Shown here one piece after another: positions 12,701 to 25,100 of a DNA stretch of 64,000 nucleotides. Under the pieces are notes generated by a model, which was not told where the DNA came from, did not search any database, and saw only the letters and a list, made by a program, of their open reading frames with translations. This stretch comes from Blasia pusilla (Eukaryota), in NCBI GenBank assembly GCA_050084515.1, contig CM114271.1, forward strand, positions 36,642,001 through 36,706,000, read 5' to 3'. The number at the start of each line of letters is the position of its first letter. Position 1 is the stretch's first letter. A program made the position numbers and the translations under genes.

Positions 12701-15700
12701 TCCATTAGTCCTAAAAAAGCCAATGACTTTTAAGTAAGTGATGCATCAGCAATCCCCATGTGAAGGATTAAAAACTGCATCCAATCTGTGATGTGTGAAA
12801 TTTCAGTTGACACAAGAAAGCAACCAAACATTCATGAGATACAATGATGTATCCAAAGTCATTATGACTTGGATTGGAAACAGAATCCAATTGAGCATCT
12901 ACTAACATAGCACAGAATGCATATTAAGTGGTTAAGATTTCACAGACCACAACGTAGCCTGAATCTAAGCTCTGCATAGTTGGAACACAAGTACAGAAAT
13001 TCCACTTCAGAAAGTATGTGCAAACTTACCGATCCATCTCTTTCCTTTAGCCTATCCCGCACGCTCTCCTTACTACCATCACGATTGCTATGACCATACT
13101 TCTCATCCAGTTCATTCTCATCAACTGGTTCCCATCTACTCTTCATCCTTTTATTTGGGCTGCTCTCCAACTTAAACCCACTAATGGGTGCAACTGACCT
13201 GTGCAAGCCACTGCAAAATAGATTGCAACCCAAATACTTCAGGAAACATAATTTATTGGTGGAGAAAATGTGATAGAAGAAGGAAACATAATTAATTTTT
13301 CCAATGTCAATCCAGTAATCCACTCTTTCCAAACCCAAAAGCACTAAGATACTTCGATGTTTCTGAATATTTTTTATAAGAGATTTTGAGCCAGAATTTC
13401 TCATACTCCTTCCCACTAGATGTCAACGGCATGCTTGGTAATGCAAAAAGTGGCTCCGTGTCCCAGTCCTTTGTGAACAGCGACCCATCTTGTGATGCTG
13501 TTGTTATCATCTGCAGCAATATGTCATGTTTGATTGGTAAGAGATATTGTCGTCCCAGCCATTCCTCCACTTGGGGTCATCACATGATTCCTACATTAAT
13601 TGAACCACTTCTGAACCCGAAATTGCATAAGATACCCAAAATCATACCCATAAATCTTCATTGGTTGCAAGAACATAGGGGCAAGATAGCATTTTCCAAT
13701 CACAGGCAGAAATCCACCCTAAGAACGCCAACTTGGAATTACTGGGAGACAGGCCTCACAAGATGATGGGATACACGTCCTTGAGAAGTAAATAACCAAT
13801 AAAACCAGCTGCAGAGAAGACAGAAAGACAAAATTTCTGCCGTTGGCTCATATTTTTCTCACCTACACCTAATTGGCCATCAAACTCACCTCTTTCATGA
13901 TGTCCTGGCAAGCAGACTTCTGCATCTCATCCTTGCAGCGTGATAAGGCCCTCTCCACATATGCTCGGAGGGCAGGTGGAAACATTCCAGGCTGTAGACA
14001 ACAGACATGTGAATCAATGAAGATCATCTAGAGTTAAGATTCTCTTACCAGCCCAGTATCTGATGAAGAACAACTAGAACGCAGCGTCTGACTACTATAG
14101 ACGTCATGCAGTTATCTCCAAACAAACGTAGGCAGGTGATAACTACAATTGGACAATCTCCAATAGAATCTGAAAATTCTAAACGAACCACATGAATGCA
14201 GTCAGGTAGAAAATAGCACCTGGAGTGTTGCATCTGTAACATCATCAGTAGACAACTTTCCAGCTTTTGTACCCACACTTATGTAGGCAGGTTTCTGCCC
14301 TCCCTCAAGACCAAAGGCTCCTTTTCCAGAAATCCCCAGGTTAGAGGCAATTCTGGGATTGGTTGGAATCTGCAGCTTCCCTGATCTCCATGGTGGTATG
14401 CCTCCTGAATTCATCTGTTGATGACCTTGAGGCTGGAAACCATGAGTGGAAGGGGCCTCCATCTGTGTTTGTTGCTTCTGTGCTTGCTGCATCTGGGACA
14501 TTGATGGCGCTTGACCTGGCTGAAAGTGACCAGGTGTCTGCAGCTGAGGTTGTAGCTTTCCCATAGTTGTCTGTGCCAAAGGCCCACCTTGAAAATGATT
14601 GGCCAAATTCTGATGGTGAGAATCTACTTGAGAGTTCTGACCGGTTGCAACATCCCAAGTGCCTCCCACTTTTGAGGATGATGAGTTCGACTGCAAACAT
14701 TTCCAAAATGAAATTAGGTCTCTAGCCTTGTCCAGCCTTCTCCCAGAAACCGATCGATCTGTGTGAACAGCTGAAAGCAACATTTGTGGAAAAAAAAGTT
14801 CAATTGCAAAAAAGTTCCTGGCTAAAGTGAGATCCAAATTTAAGTCTAATCCCTAATATGCTCCATACATTCCCCATAAGTTTATGTTCAACCAGTGCTC
14901 ACGAAGCACAATATGTTGTCATGAAACCAACACCCTGCGGCTCAAGTTCGTAAACCCTAGATTCAGAATGGTCCTTGCGACACAACAAAGAAGCTTGAAA
15001 TATGTACCTGCAAAGGTGCACCAAATGGTTGAGTGCTAGGTTGCCATGAAGGCTGGGTCCCAGGCGGCGGCGGCTGACTGGAATTTGCAGAATGTGGTTG
15101 GCCACCTGCTCCTTGGGCAACGACACTAGCGTATGATGGGGGTGGAGTAGTTGCTGGTGCAGTTCCAGGAGCACTATTGCTATCTGTACCGACTGGGGGG
15201 TTGATTTGCATGTTGGCATAATACTCAGCCCATTGTGGTTGGTAATCATGCTGGTACTGACCCGCATTGGACACAACCCCAGAACCAGCTGCAGCATTTT
15301 GATCCGGTGCAGAGTAGCCCGCATAACCAGGATATGCACCATAGCTCCCATAGCTGTTATCACTCCAAGAGCTGGGATGACTAGAATAATTCGAAGTTGG
15401 GTAACCTCCCGTGTTCTGATAGACACCAGCATTGTAATAAGTGCCTGTGCTCTGATAGGATGTGGAGTCTGTATACGAGCTTGTGCTCGAAAAGGAGTTA
15501 ACAGGCGGATAAGGAGCAGCACCTGAACTTTGATACGGAGTCCCCATGTTCTGAGAGTAAGAATCGTTACCTTGTTGCTGAGGATAGCCATAGTTATAAC
15601 CCGAATAATTTCCGCTTCCATACGCATACTGGTCCCCAGAGGTGGCTCCATTGTAGGCTGTATACACCTGTCCATAGCTGTGCGACCCATTTGAGGCAAC

Positions 15701-17193
15701 ATTTGACCCAGGGGCTGTTGCACTGGAGCTGGTATTATTGCTCACTTGCCCATCCTGTCCACCATAATTTGCTTCCTGCCCAAGCTGATGTTGAGGATTG
15801 TAATAATTGGGGTACGAAAAACCAGCACCCTCAGCAGGTCTTGCTTCAGTCGCTCCGGAAACGACTGCACTCCAAGAAGGTAAAGAGGTGGAGGGCTCCG
15901 GCGGTGGTGGTGGTTGAGGGGGAGGTACTGAGGGTAGAGGCGGCAGTCCTTGGTTGGATTGAGCTTGTCCTCCTTGCTACTCATCCAAAGAAATCCCAGA
16001 TGCACAAGATTTTCACAATCATGCACAACCAAGACAAATTGCAGAAACAAAAGTGACGACGCTCCAAAAGGTTAGGATAGGAGCAAAATTCAGCCACTTC
16101 AAACCCAAAAAGTAGAACTGCAAGCACATAAATCACATAGGACCAGACAGAAACAAGAACAACTTTTGGGAAGGGAATCTTCAATCCCAATCTCAGAAGT
16201 CCACAAGTTTTCTGATGAAGAGAGGATAAGGAGTGGATGCTTTAAATTGTCATAAGCAAGCTCCAGTATAGTGCAAGCCTCTCTTATACTAACTCTCTCC
16301 AGCCTTAAACGGGAGATTTTTGAGCCAACCCATAATTACGTTCCAAATTCCCACTGAACTGACAAAAGGAAAAACAATGTCTTCTAAAGTAAGACCACAA
16401 AGATAAACCTTGATATTTCTCAGCATAGTTGTACAGTGTTTCCTCTAATCCTCATCACTTTAGCTGAGACCTCTGTGAAAGACATAACACCTCTCATACA
16501 CTACCAATACACACGACCCCCAAATAATGTTTCATACCAGCAGACAATCACAGACGAATGTGTGCAACTATACCACCACCAGACCTTCAGTAGATCTTAG
16601 ACAGAATCTCTCAAGGAAAATCACAAATTTTGTTGACCTTCTGTTATTCCACCACGTCAGCTATATTCACTTCGAGCATCCAATCTAATACGAATGCATC
16701 AACGCGATGTAAACTTTTTCCAACTTGGGTGAAGTTCCTACTTTGCGTTATTGTCTATATGCACCAATTACCTTTATTCAACAGTCCCACCCCACCCCTC
16801 CCCACCCCCCAGTAATTCGCAAAGGCGGAAACCACAACATGCATATTTTCCATGGAGGACGAGATAGGCGGAACTCACTTGGACGGGCTGGTGAGAATGT
16901 TGCAAGTGTTGGGAAGGATAGTACCCAAACCACGGCTGTGACACTTGTGGGGCAGCAGATGTCGATTGCTCGTTTTGCTGCTGCATGAGCTGATCACTTT
17001 CTGATGAGGAAGGTGCTGCTGATGTAGGGTGATACTGCCCAAATTCCGCACGATTGCTGTAGTTCCAACCATCATATTGAGCAGGCGCCCACGCAGAGGC
17101 AGGCTCTGGTGGGTAGGCATTCTCCGTAGCTGGATTAGGGAAAGGACGTTTTTTCTCAAACTCGGTCCCCATTCCTGCGCTTCCCTTGTGCAT
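9733..17193 (-). CDS. SAC3A: SAC3/GANP/THP3 family protein (SAC3A / LENG8-like), 13 coding exons, about 1148 aa
   Basis: Exons, all GT-AG with consistent phases: 17193-16879, 15976-15008, 14690-14220, 13991-13890, 13510-13407, 13210-13030, 12682-12176, 11578-11438, 11327-11268, 11138-11008, 10736-10603, 10385-10150, 9828-9733. Motifs: [87 protein letters not shown]-terminal [12 protein letters not shown]. Start Met could be 17193 or 17172. Confidence 0.95.
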
Positions 17194-18108
17194 TCGAACT
17201 TCTTGTGCAGCCTAATCGTCCTTTACAACCGCAGTCCCAAGTTCGATTCTTGTGAGAAACCACTCGTAACATAGAGCTTGTCTTATTTGCAAGAACTGGA
17301 TTCCACAATATTTAAACCTCCCGCGTCTAGATTAGGATGTTCAGATTAGGGTTCTGAAACGCTTGAGGTGTTCTGTCTTTGTTCAGTAATTTTGAGACTA
17401 TCCGAAAATACGCAAAACCACCTACGCAGCTCTGCTTCGCAACGATACGTGAAAACACGTAGTGGACGTTCCAAGCGCATACACGGGCCACAAAATTGCT
17501 CAAAACTAGTCCAGTTGCAGATCTACTACTCTCGCACAAACCGAGGAAGCGGGCTTCTTTAAAATGTCTTCCCCTCAACACGGTGCCACCGAACCCTAAA
17601 TGAGCACACTCGGTCTCAATCCACCTGACTGGTATGGATAGCTTCCAACGTACAACAAACACTCTCCTATCCTCCACAAGAACAGAAGAACGCCGACAGA
17701 ATTCACAGCTCATAATTACTACTCATTTCTTTGAAAACCTCTTGCTCTCCTCCCGCATCGTATCGCCAAAGTCCCAAATTTTGTCCACATCCCCGCTATC
17801 TCCGTATTGGTAGCACCTCAGGACTGTCTACCACAATACGTCCTGCAAAATCTTTCCGCAGCCATACACAGTCCCAATGTCTTCCGATCCACGTGAGATC
17901 CACTCCAACCTCTTCTCATTTGATTTGATGAAAACGGCCTCCCTGTGCCGGACTAGCACTTACATCCCTCAGGCAATGGCCGCGCGCATCTTCGCCCCGC
18001 CATCATCTCCCTCCCTCAAACCACCGTTACTTGTCCTGATCCCCCAACTTATCGAATAGTTAAGCTGATAGTTCTTCTAAGCTCGGAAGAATCAGTTGAG
18101 GTCCGTAG

Positions 18109-18141
18109 CACGTCGACGTGACACGTGGATTCCACACGTCG
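18109..18141. promoter_or_regulatory. ACGT-core / G-box (ABRE-like) cluster upstream of SAC3A
   Basis: CACGTCGACGTG palindrome, GACACGTGG and ACACGTC within 33 bp, about 0.9 kb 5' of the SAC3A start codon. Confidence 0.4.
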
Positions 18142-19228
18142 ATTCTTACCCATCGGACGGTCTTCCTTCGGTTGACGGATGGAGTACGAAAACACTTCGA
18201 TTAGGGTCCAGGTTCTGTTCATTTCGTTCGGCTACGCGAACACACAGACCCAGGACCGAGCGACGAAGGCGTTCGTTCTTTTCCTACTAGTCGTGCTGGA
18301 CTTTGATGGGATCACTAGGTGCGGATAAGGCGAACAGCAGTTAACCATGCCTGTGGGTTAAGTTGAAAGACGCAGTGTGTTGTCGTATCCTGCACCTGCT
18401 CTTGGGAACTATTTCGTTCCGCTTCGTTAGGCGTCTGGGCGCTTTCACACCCGTCACGGATTTGTTCAACCTTTCGAGTCCCGAAAGAACTCGGACTTGC
18501 TGTTCGAGGAAGGACACCGGTTTCCATCGTTGATCGAATGCTGGACACCTTCGGCCAGTGTGCATGCATCCGTGTCATGGGCTTTCCAAAGGCCTTTTTG
18601 TTTGTCCACTCGGAGGCCAAAATGAAGGATAAAGGATACTGGGCTTTAGTTCAGCCTGTCAAATGCGAAAAGCATGGATAATAGAGAAAAAAAAAAATTC
18701 ATCATATTCTTTTTGGAGGATTTTTTAATTTGCCATATAGGTAACTAATAAAATTCTGTAGGGGAAAAAAAGGGTAATCATCCAAACCAATGGGAATGAT
18801 CCCATGGAGTTTAAAAAGAACTAGTTTGGTCCCATTGTAAGGGAGGGTCAAATTGATTTTCAGTAGAAAGTCAAAATGAGAATCTTAAGATATAGGGTCC
18901 AAAATTTAGGAAGACACACACGGCCTGAGTTCAGGTGAGATGGAGCAACGAGAGCCCCAAATCCACTCGGGGCATATGGTAGAGGGGATAATTAGATTTC
19001 TCATTTTAACAAGAGTGAAATCGAAAAATACTAGTAGGTGGTGCTTAAAATTCACCTTTATTGTTGGGTATCCATGTGACCCGTGAATAACTAATGTGTG
19101 GTCTCATCTCAATTATGGGTAAACAGAGCTCGTTGATTCACAAAGATGTCATTTATAAATTATGGAAAATTTTTGTTGGATCACGTTCTCATGATTCGTC
19201 CACTAAACAAACCATGATTAGACTACAA

Positions 19229-19291
19229 CTAGTTGGAGCCCGTGCCATGCACGAGTTTTGTTTAATTTTCTTTGTTATCTCTTTCTAATTT

Positions 19292-19341
<50 letters not shown>

Positions 19342-19435
19342 ATGACACATGCCAACATCACAAGAGCCCTTAGAAGACAGGTGTCAACACGTGAGGAGGG
19401 TTTCCTCCAACCCTGTCCTCTTTTAATTATATAGA
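19229..19435 (-). mobile_element. Short non-autonomous Helitron (207 bp)
   Basis: Minus strand reads A|TCTATATAATTAAAAG...CTCGTGCATGGCACGGG-CTCCAA-CTAG|T. This gives a 5' TC, a 3' hairpin plus CTAG, insertion between A and T, and no TSD. Confidence 0.8.
19294..19338. repeat. (CT)n microsatellite inside the mini-Helitron
   Basis: Direct reading. Confidence 0.95.
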
Positions 19436-19666
19436 TAGCAAAGTGGGTGTAATTTTCTTTCTATTCTATTAGCAAAAGGTGCCCCTTCGTGTTGGTGAAT
19501 TCATTGTACATGTTCTATCACGAGGCTAGTGTTTTCAAAATAAATCCTCACAAATAATATTACATCATATGTTCTTTATAGGCAAGTGCATGCACAATTA
19601 TAATTCATATAAACTACCATGAAGGGTTTTAAGAATGAACACGGATGGGTTTTTCCTCTTTAAACA

Positions 19667-21450
19667 CTAGTTAGTACCCTATACATATACGTGCCCTGTC
19701 CTGAAATTATACATAAATACGCGTCAGGTTTTAAAAAAAATCCACGTGTCATACTTTGAAGGTGTCGCCATTTCAGAAACACTCCTCAAAATATAACTTA
19801 CATAAGGAGATGGGGGATTGGAATACGATGAAGTCGGAATGATTATTTTTTGTTTCTCCAAAAATAGAAGTGGGAGTGATGGCGGTAAGAATTTTCAATG
19901 GAACGAGATTTACACTTTTGGTGAAGAAGAGGATTAAGTGAATGAGGCAAATTAATTTTCAAAAGTATGGGCGGTGAAGGGAGTGTGTTTCTTAAAGAAA
20001 CAGGGTGAATTTTTTTTTCTACACCAAGGAGGTGGGAATGGGGGTTTCCAAAACAAGACAAGGGGGGAATTAAAGACGAGGTGGGAAGAAACGAAATTTA
20101 AAAATAAGAGGAGGAGTGCACAAAGGGAAAATTAAGGGGAACAAAATTAAGGGAAATCTCATGAAGAATTTTTATAAGAACATATAACAAACCTTCAAGG
20201 TTCATTATTGTTTACATGTTTATATGGAAGTAGGGATTGAGGATTTGAGGTTTTTTTTTAATTTTTTTAAATAAAAAGGCGGGGATGGGCATCCTTAAAT
20301 GAAGAGTTGGAAAACATGAATTCAAAAGAGGGAGGAACTTTAACAAAAGAATGTTGGGATTTTTTTAATAACTATGCATTGCACAAACATACTGATTAGT
20401 AATCATAATGAAAACTCACAACAATACATGATGGAATAGCTTACCTTAGTAATGTTACTTGGGAGATTATCATTTTGATAGCTCTTTGGACATCTTTTGT
20501 TTATGTGGTGATGAGGTATATATGGCACTTGCGATAAGATTTTAAGTCCCTCAATGGTTTACTTGTTAAAGAAGGAGATGTAGTAGGTATTAGGTTTAGT
20601 AATGGTGAAGACATGTTTAGATTTTGACTTGGATATTTAAAAGTGGACGATGGTTGTGGAAAGAAAATCGGACACAACCGGTGCTCCATCCCTATCCATA
20701 GACAAAAATGGGGTTTGGCGGAGTTGCTCTCCCAAGAAGGATAATCCACTCTCATTGGAAAAAAATAACAAACCAAATCACCATTAAAGGTTTAGATTTA
20801 ATAGTGAATTAGGAATCAAACTTGGAAAGTCAAGATATTTATAAGGGTCTACAAGAGGAGCTTATCTTAGTAAATTATCATTTTGACACAAGTAGATTAT
20901 CATCCTAAAATATCTTCATATTTTTTTCATAGGAAATTTTTTATTATTTATTGAGTTAAGAATTGTCACTACAATCGCTCTTTATCCAATTTGATTGAAT
21001 CATGCTATAATTTTTCTTCATAAAATATCTGCACCGATAGTTGTCTATCAAATAGTGTGAAGTTTCAAAGCTAACTAAGCCGGCATAAAGGGAGATAAAT
21101 ATGAAAAGGCCTCAACATCATGTCAAGGTCTACGATTCACTAAGATAGAGACCATCAATATTAACATAAGTAATGGTGATCATAAGAGGAGTCATCAATT
21201 TGATGTTAAGGATAACACTTGCGCATTGAAATATATATATAAAGAAAAACTAACCTCAAGAATGTTGGTTGGTGATTTGGTGAGTAACCATTCATGGTAA
21301 TATATTTTTGGCAATGGTTGCAGATCTTGTTGTTGATGATGGATGGTTGACTTAACGTGGCTGCTCCAAGAGCAATGTTAGAGCATATGATGCAGTTCAA
21401 GATTATTTTGGATGTAAGATTTATTTAATGTGTGGCTTGATGGAGGAATA
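19667..21450 (-). mobile_element. Possible degenerate larger Helitron (3' end at 19667)
   Basis: Degenerate hairpin plus ACTAACTAG|T on minus at 19667-19696. Faint peptide remnants upstream (LQPLPKIYYHEWLL; PIFVYG*GW). 5' end not found. Confidence 0.3.
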
Positions 21451-21699
21451 TGTTTGCGAAAATGTTTAGTAATTATATGTAGCAAAGGTTGGTTCAAAAT
21501 TCCTTTGTTCCATTAGATTATCATCATGCACCTAAGAAAAATTAGTGAAGACATACCCTAAAGCCCAATAAACCCCTTAGCACATCACTCTCTATTGTGT
21601 GCAAAGATCAAAACTCAAAATAATCACAAAACTTTAGATGTCGGGAAAAACATTTCCATGCCGTAGAAGTTTTGAATTGCATTTGGGCTCGTATCTCTT

Positions 21700-23010
21700 A
21701 GAACTCACACTAAGTGTTAGAATCTTGGACAAAGTCATCTAGATTGATAGTGCCTATTATACCATCAATTAAAATAAAAAAAAGTATGACATCCCCTATG
21801 ATCATTTCATCCATATCTCTCCATAAAATATTCTCTCAAGCACATCCAAAGGCTCCCACAATCCTCACTAGCTTACCTTACTTAAAGATAACCTCATAAT
21901 GACAACCATGCCTCAAAAAATCAAACACATGGGGCTCAATCTTGAGTGTCATATATACCATATGGCTCACATGAGCTAATAGTAATGTTTGGTCATACAT
22001 TAGACCCATACATACTCAAGAAAAAACCCAATAACCACAACTGCGCGAAAGGGATCTACACTTGGTACTCTCACCAAACAAAACTATTCTTACTTTTCTC
22101 ACACTAGCTCATCCAATCCATCATATCCACATTGTTTATTGCAATTTCTACCATTTATCTACCATACTAAATTACAAGAGATAATTAAGTGTAAGACTAT
22201 AACTTGAATGGATGCCTAAACACACGCGTCTTCACTCCTTTGACATTAAATGCTTCATGAAGTGTGATAACCTCCACGACATGGCAATCTCCTCAAATTG
22301 AAATTCTCAGTATACATGTAGGATTATATTTTTGTTTGTGTATGGATCTACCCATATTTCTACATCCCTCATAACCAAACGAGCGTCAATATTGAACATC
22401 AAAGTTCACATTAGTCTAAGGATGGAAATGAATCAGATTTTATGAGTAAGGCATGAGTTGTAGAAGCCAAATATATGCCTTAAATATTCCTCCTTCTTTT
22501 TGCACAAGACCTGAATTTAATCTTCATATGATGTATATGGCTAAATAACCACCAAACACTATGATTTTATATGGTGCATACATTTTGTATGTTGTAGGGC
22601 CAAAAAAGGTTCGGTGTGCATCTAGACACGTACCTTGAGTTGCTTGTAGAGGAGTTATTCAGCATATGGCAGAGAATTTTTGCTATGGATAGGAATATCG
22701 AATGTGACATGCAAATATATATATATATCGGTTGCCAACATATATTGGTTTTCATGCACAAAAATCTAAGATCTATCTAACTATGAATCCTAACATATAT
22801 ACATATGAACAACTAGATACACCTCCATATAAGATCAAATATAAAATGAGTATGCTTCATCCAATCATCCACTTTAGATACACACTATTGCAACAACAAG
22901 AGACAATCAACAATAAATTCACAATGTGTGACCTTGGATCAATCCTAGTCCACTAATACTCAAGAGAATCAAACTCAATACAACAACATACCAACAAAAT
23001 ACCACGAATC
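21700..23010 (-). mobile_element. Highly decayed LTR-retrotransposon-like fragment
   Basis: PBS-like TGGTAT on minus near 22990-23005; a possible protease-like ILIDG remnant near 21765; AT-rich and full of stops. Confidence 0.25.
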
Positions 23011-24659
23011 CCAACACGGGTTTAATATAAGGAAGATGAGCTTCTAATGAGCCTCATCCAAGGTGTGCCTCTCTAGGCTATTGAATACTAAGTTATAGTC
23101 AAACTCATGACTCGCTATATCTGGTACTCATGCAAAGTTGGAAAACTTAATCTTGGTAAGTCAGTTAAGTACAATGTTCTTAACTAGGTTTAGATAACCT
23201 CACTTAATATAACTTGAGACTATGATTATGATTAGGGTTGCTTTCGCATACCCTATATATATTTCACTCATTTTATTTTTGCAAAATTTTGTTCTCCATG
23301 GTGGTATCTATGTGTGAGAGTCGTGTATCATGTTTATTTAGCAACTTTCTACATGGTATTAAAATAATAGGAAAATATCCATTAAAAATTTTGGTATATG
23401 AGGAGAGAAGAGAGGCAAAAGAAAGAAAAAATTGAGTTTGAGGCAAGGAGATTTCAATCAAACTTAGTGGTAGAAGATTTCAAGTGGAGTTGTGAAGGTG
23501 ATGGAACCTTGGAGGCTTTTTTAGCGCTTTTCCGATCGTTTTAGCATTAATTCATATTAACATAAGTGATCTCTTCCTCTTTAGCGGAGAGAAATCAGAG
23601 CAGTTATGATCTTAAATACAATAGGAACAAGAATAAATTGACCAGCGAGGGTGTTAAGGACTTTACAAACTCAAGGTTTTGAGGCAAATGTGTTTTTCGG
23701 AAATCAAGACAAGCACTATTGTACAAGCAATACTTCTCCAAAAGGGATGGACATGAACAAGTTAGAAGGATTCTAGAAGATGGTAGTTAGTCCAACTTGC
23801 ATGCAAGAAACCTTAGTGGTAATCATGAAAATAACCTCAACTTCAAAGATGAGGACCTAGAGGATGTGGATGTGCAATATGGAGTATATGCCACGGAAGG
23901 GAGGCATGATATCCATCTAGGCGACATATAAAACTTTCAGTCACATGGACGTGTGTGTCTTACGGGACTTAGCTCTAAGGGAGTAGAAGAAGATGACTAT
24001 TAATGGAAAATTGGATTTGAGACATAAGGAAGAGCAACAACGGAGGACTTCAGTCCAAACAAATACAACTTCCATTTCTACTAATATTACCTACAAACCT
24101 GATATTGTTGCAATGGCCAAAATTCAAAATTATTCCAATGAGTTTGATGAACTACAAAGAGAGTCTCCTCCATAAATTTTTATTGTTGAAAGAGTGGAAT
24201 CAATGGAAGACCGCGGTGACGATCAGATTCTCATCCGTGTTGTTCCAAAATCTCAACCTATTAGTAATCACATGGATAGTTCACAAATTTCCTCCGATGA
24301 TGAAATAATTCCAATAAGAAATCTTTTCCGGTCCCACTCAAATTAGAAATATAGAGTCACCCAATTATCGCCTACATCTAATCCCACCGACCCAACCATG
24401 GGCCTGGAGTAGTAGAGTGATTGGTAATGTGAGCGGAAAAAATTAGTAAACGGACTTACTGAACTTGTTTTGTAACAAGTGGTGTAAGAATGTCATTTTT
24501 CAACACTCCTTTTGTAGTATCATGGATAATAAAGCATTGAATTCCACATAAGCTAAAATTGGAAAATATCGTTTTGAGGAGAGAAAATTTGATTGCACTT
24601 ATAATTTTTTAGAATCTTTGTACTAAAGTAAGATACACTCCCAAGAACACGTGGGTGTT

Positions 24660-25100
24660 GTGGTAAAATTTTAACATCAAGATAAAATACTTGGAAAAGA
24701 TGAAAATGGAATGTCCTTCTTCCCATAGAAGGTTCAATCAAGAGGGTCTAGAAACTAGTTACATATTTTTGCGCATTTGGTCACAACTTCATTTTCATTT
24801 GAAACTTTTTAGGAAGCTTATATACACTTGAATGATCAAGTTCCCAAATTTCAGATAAAGACCAAGCACTTAGACAAAATGAAAAATGGACATACCGTCT
24901 TTGGTTGAAAGGTTTAATCGGGCATGTCCATGAACCACTTATATATTTGTGTGCATTTGGTCACAACTACACTTTTAGTTCAACTTTGCAAGATGCTTAG
25001 ATATACTTGAAGGATCAAATGCCTCAAATTCCAGATCAAGGAAAATTACTTTGGACAAGATGAAAAATGGACATATCATATTTGGCTAGAAGGTTTAATC
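24660..25100. repeat. About 180-bp tandem repeat, about 2.4 copies
   Basis: Anchor AAGGTT(C/T)AATC ends at 24739, 24919 and 25100. GCATTTGGTCACAACT and ATGAAAA(A)TGGA recur with the same period. Confidence 0.8.

Noticed and set aside
14899..15723. 274-aa alternative-frame ORF overlapping SAC3A exon 2
   Set aside because: Shadow frame of a low-complexity exon; the spliced SAC3A frame explains the region.
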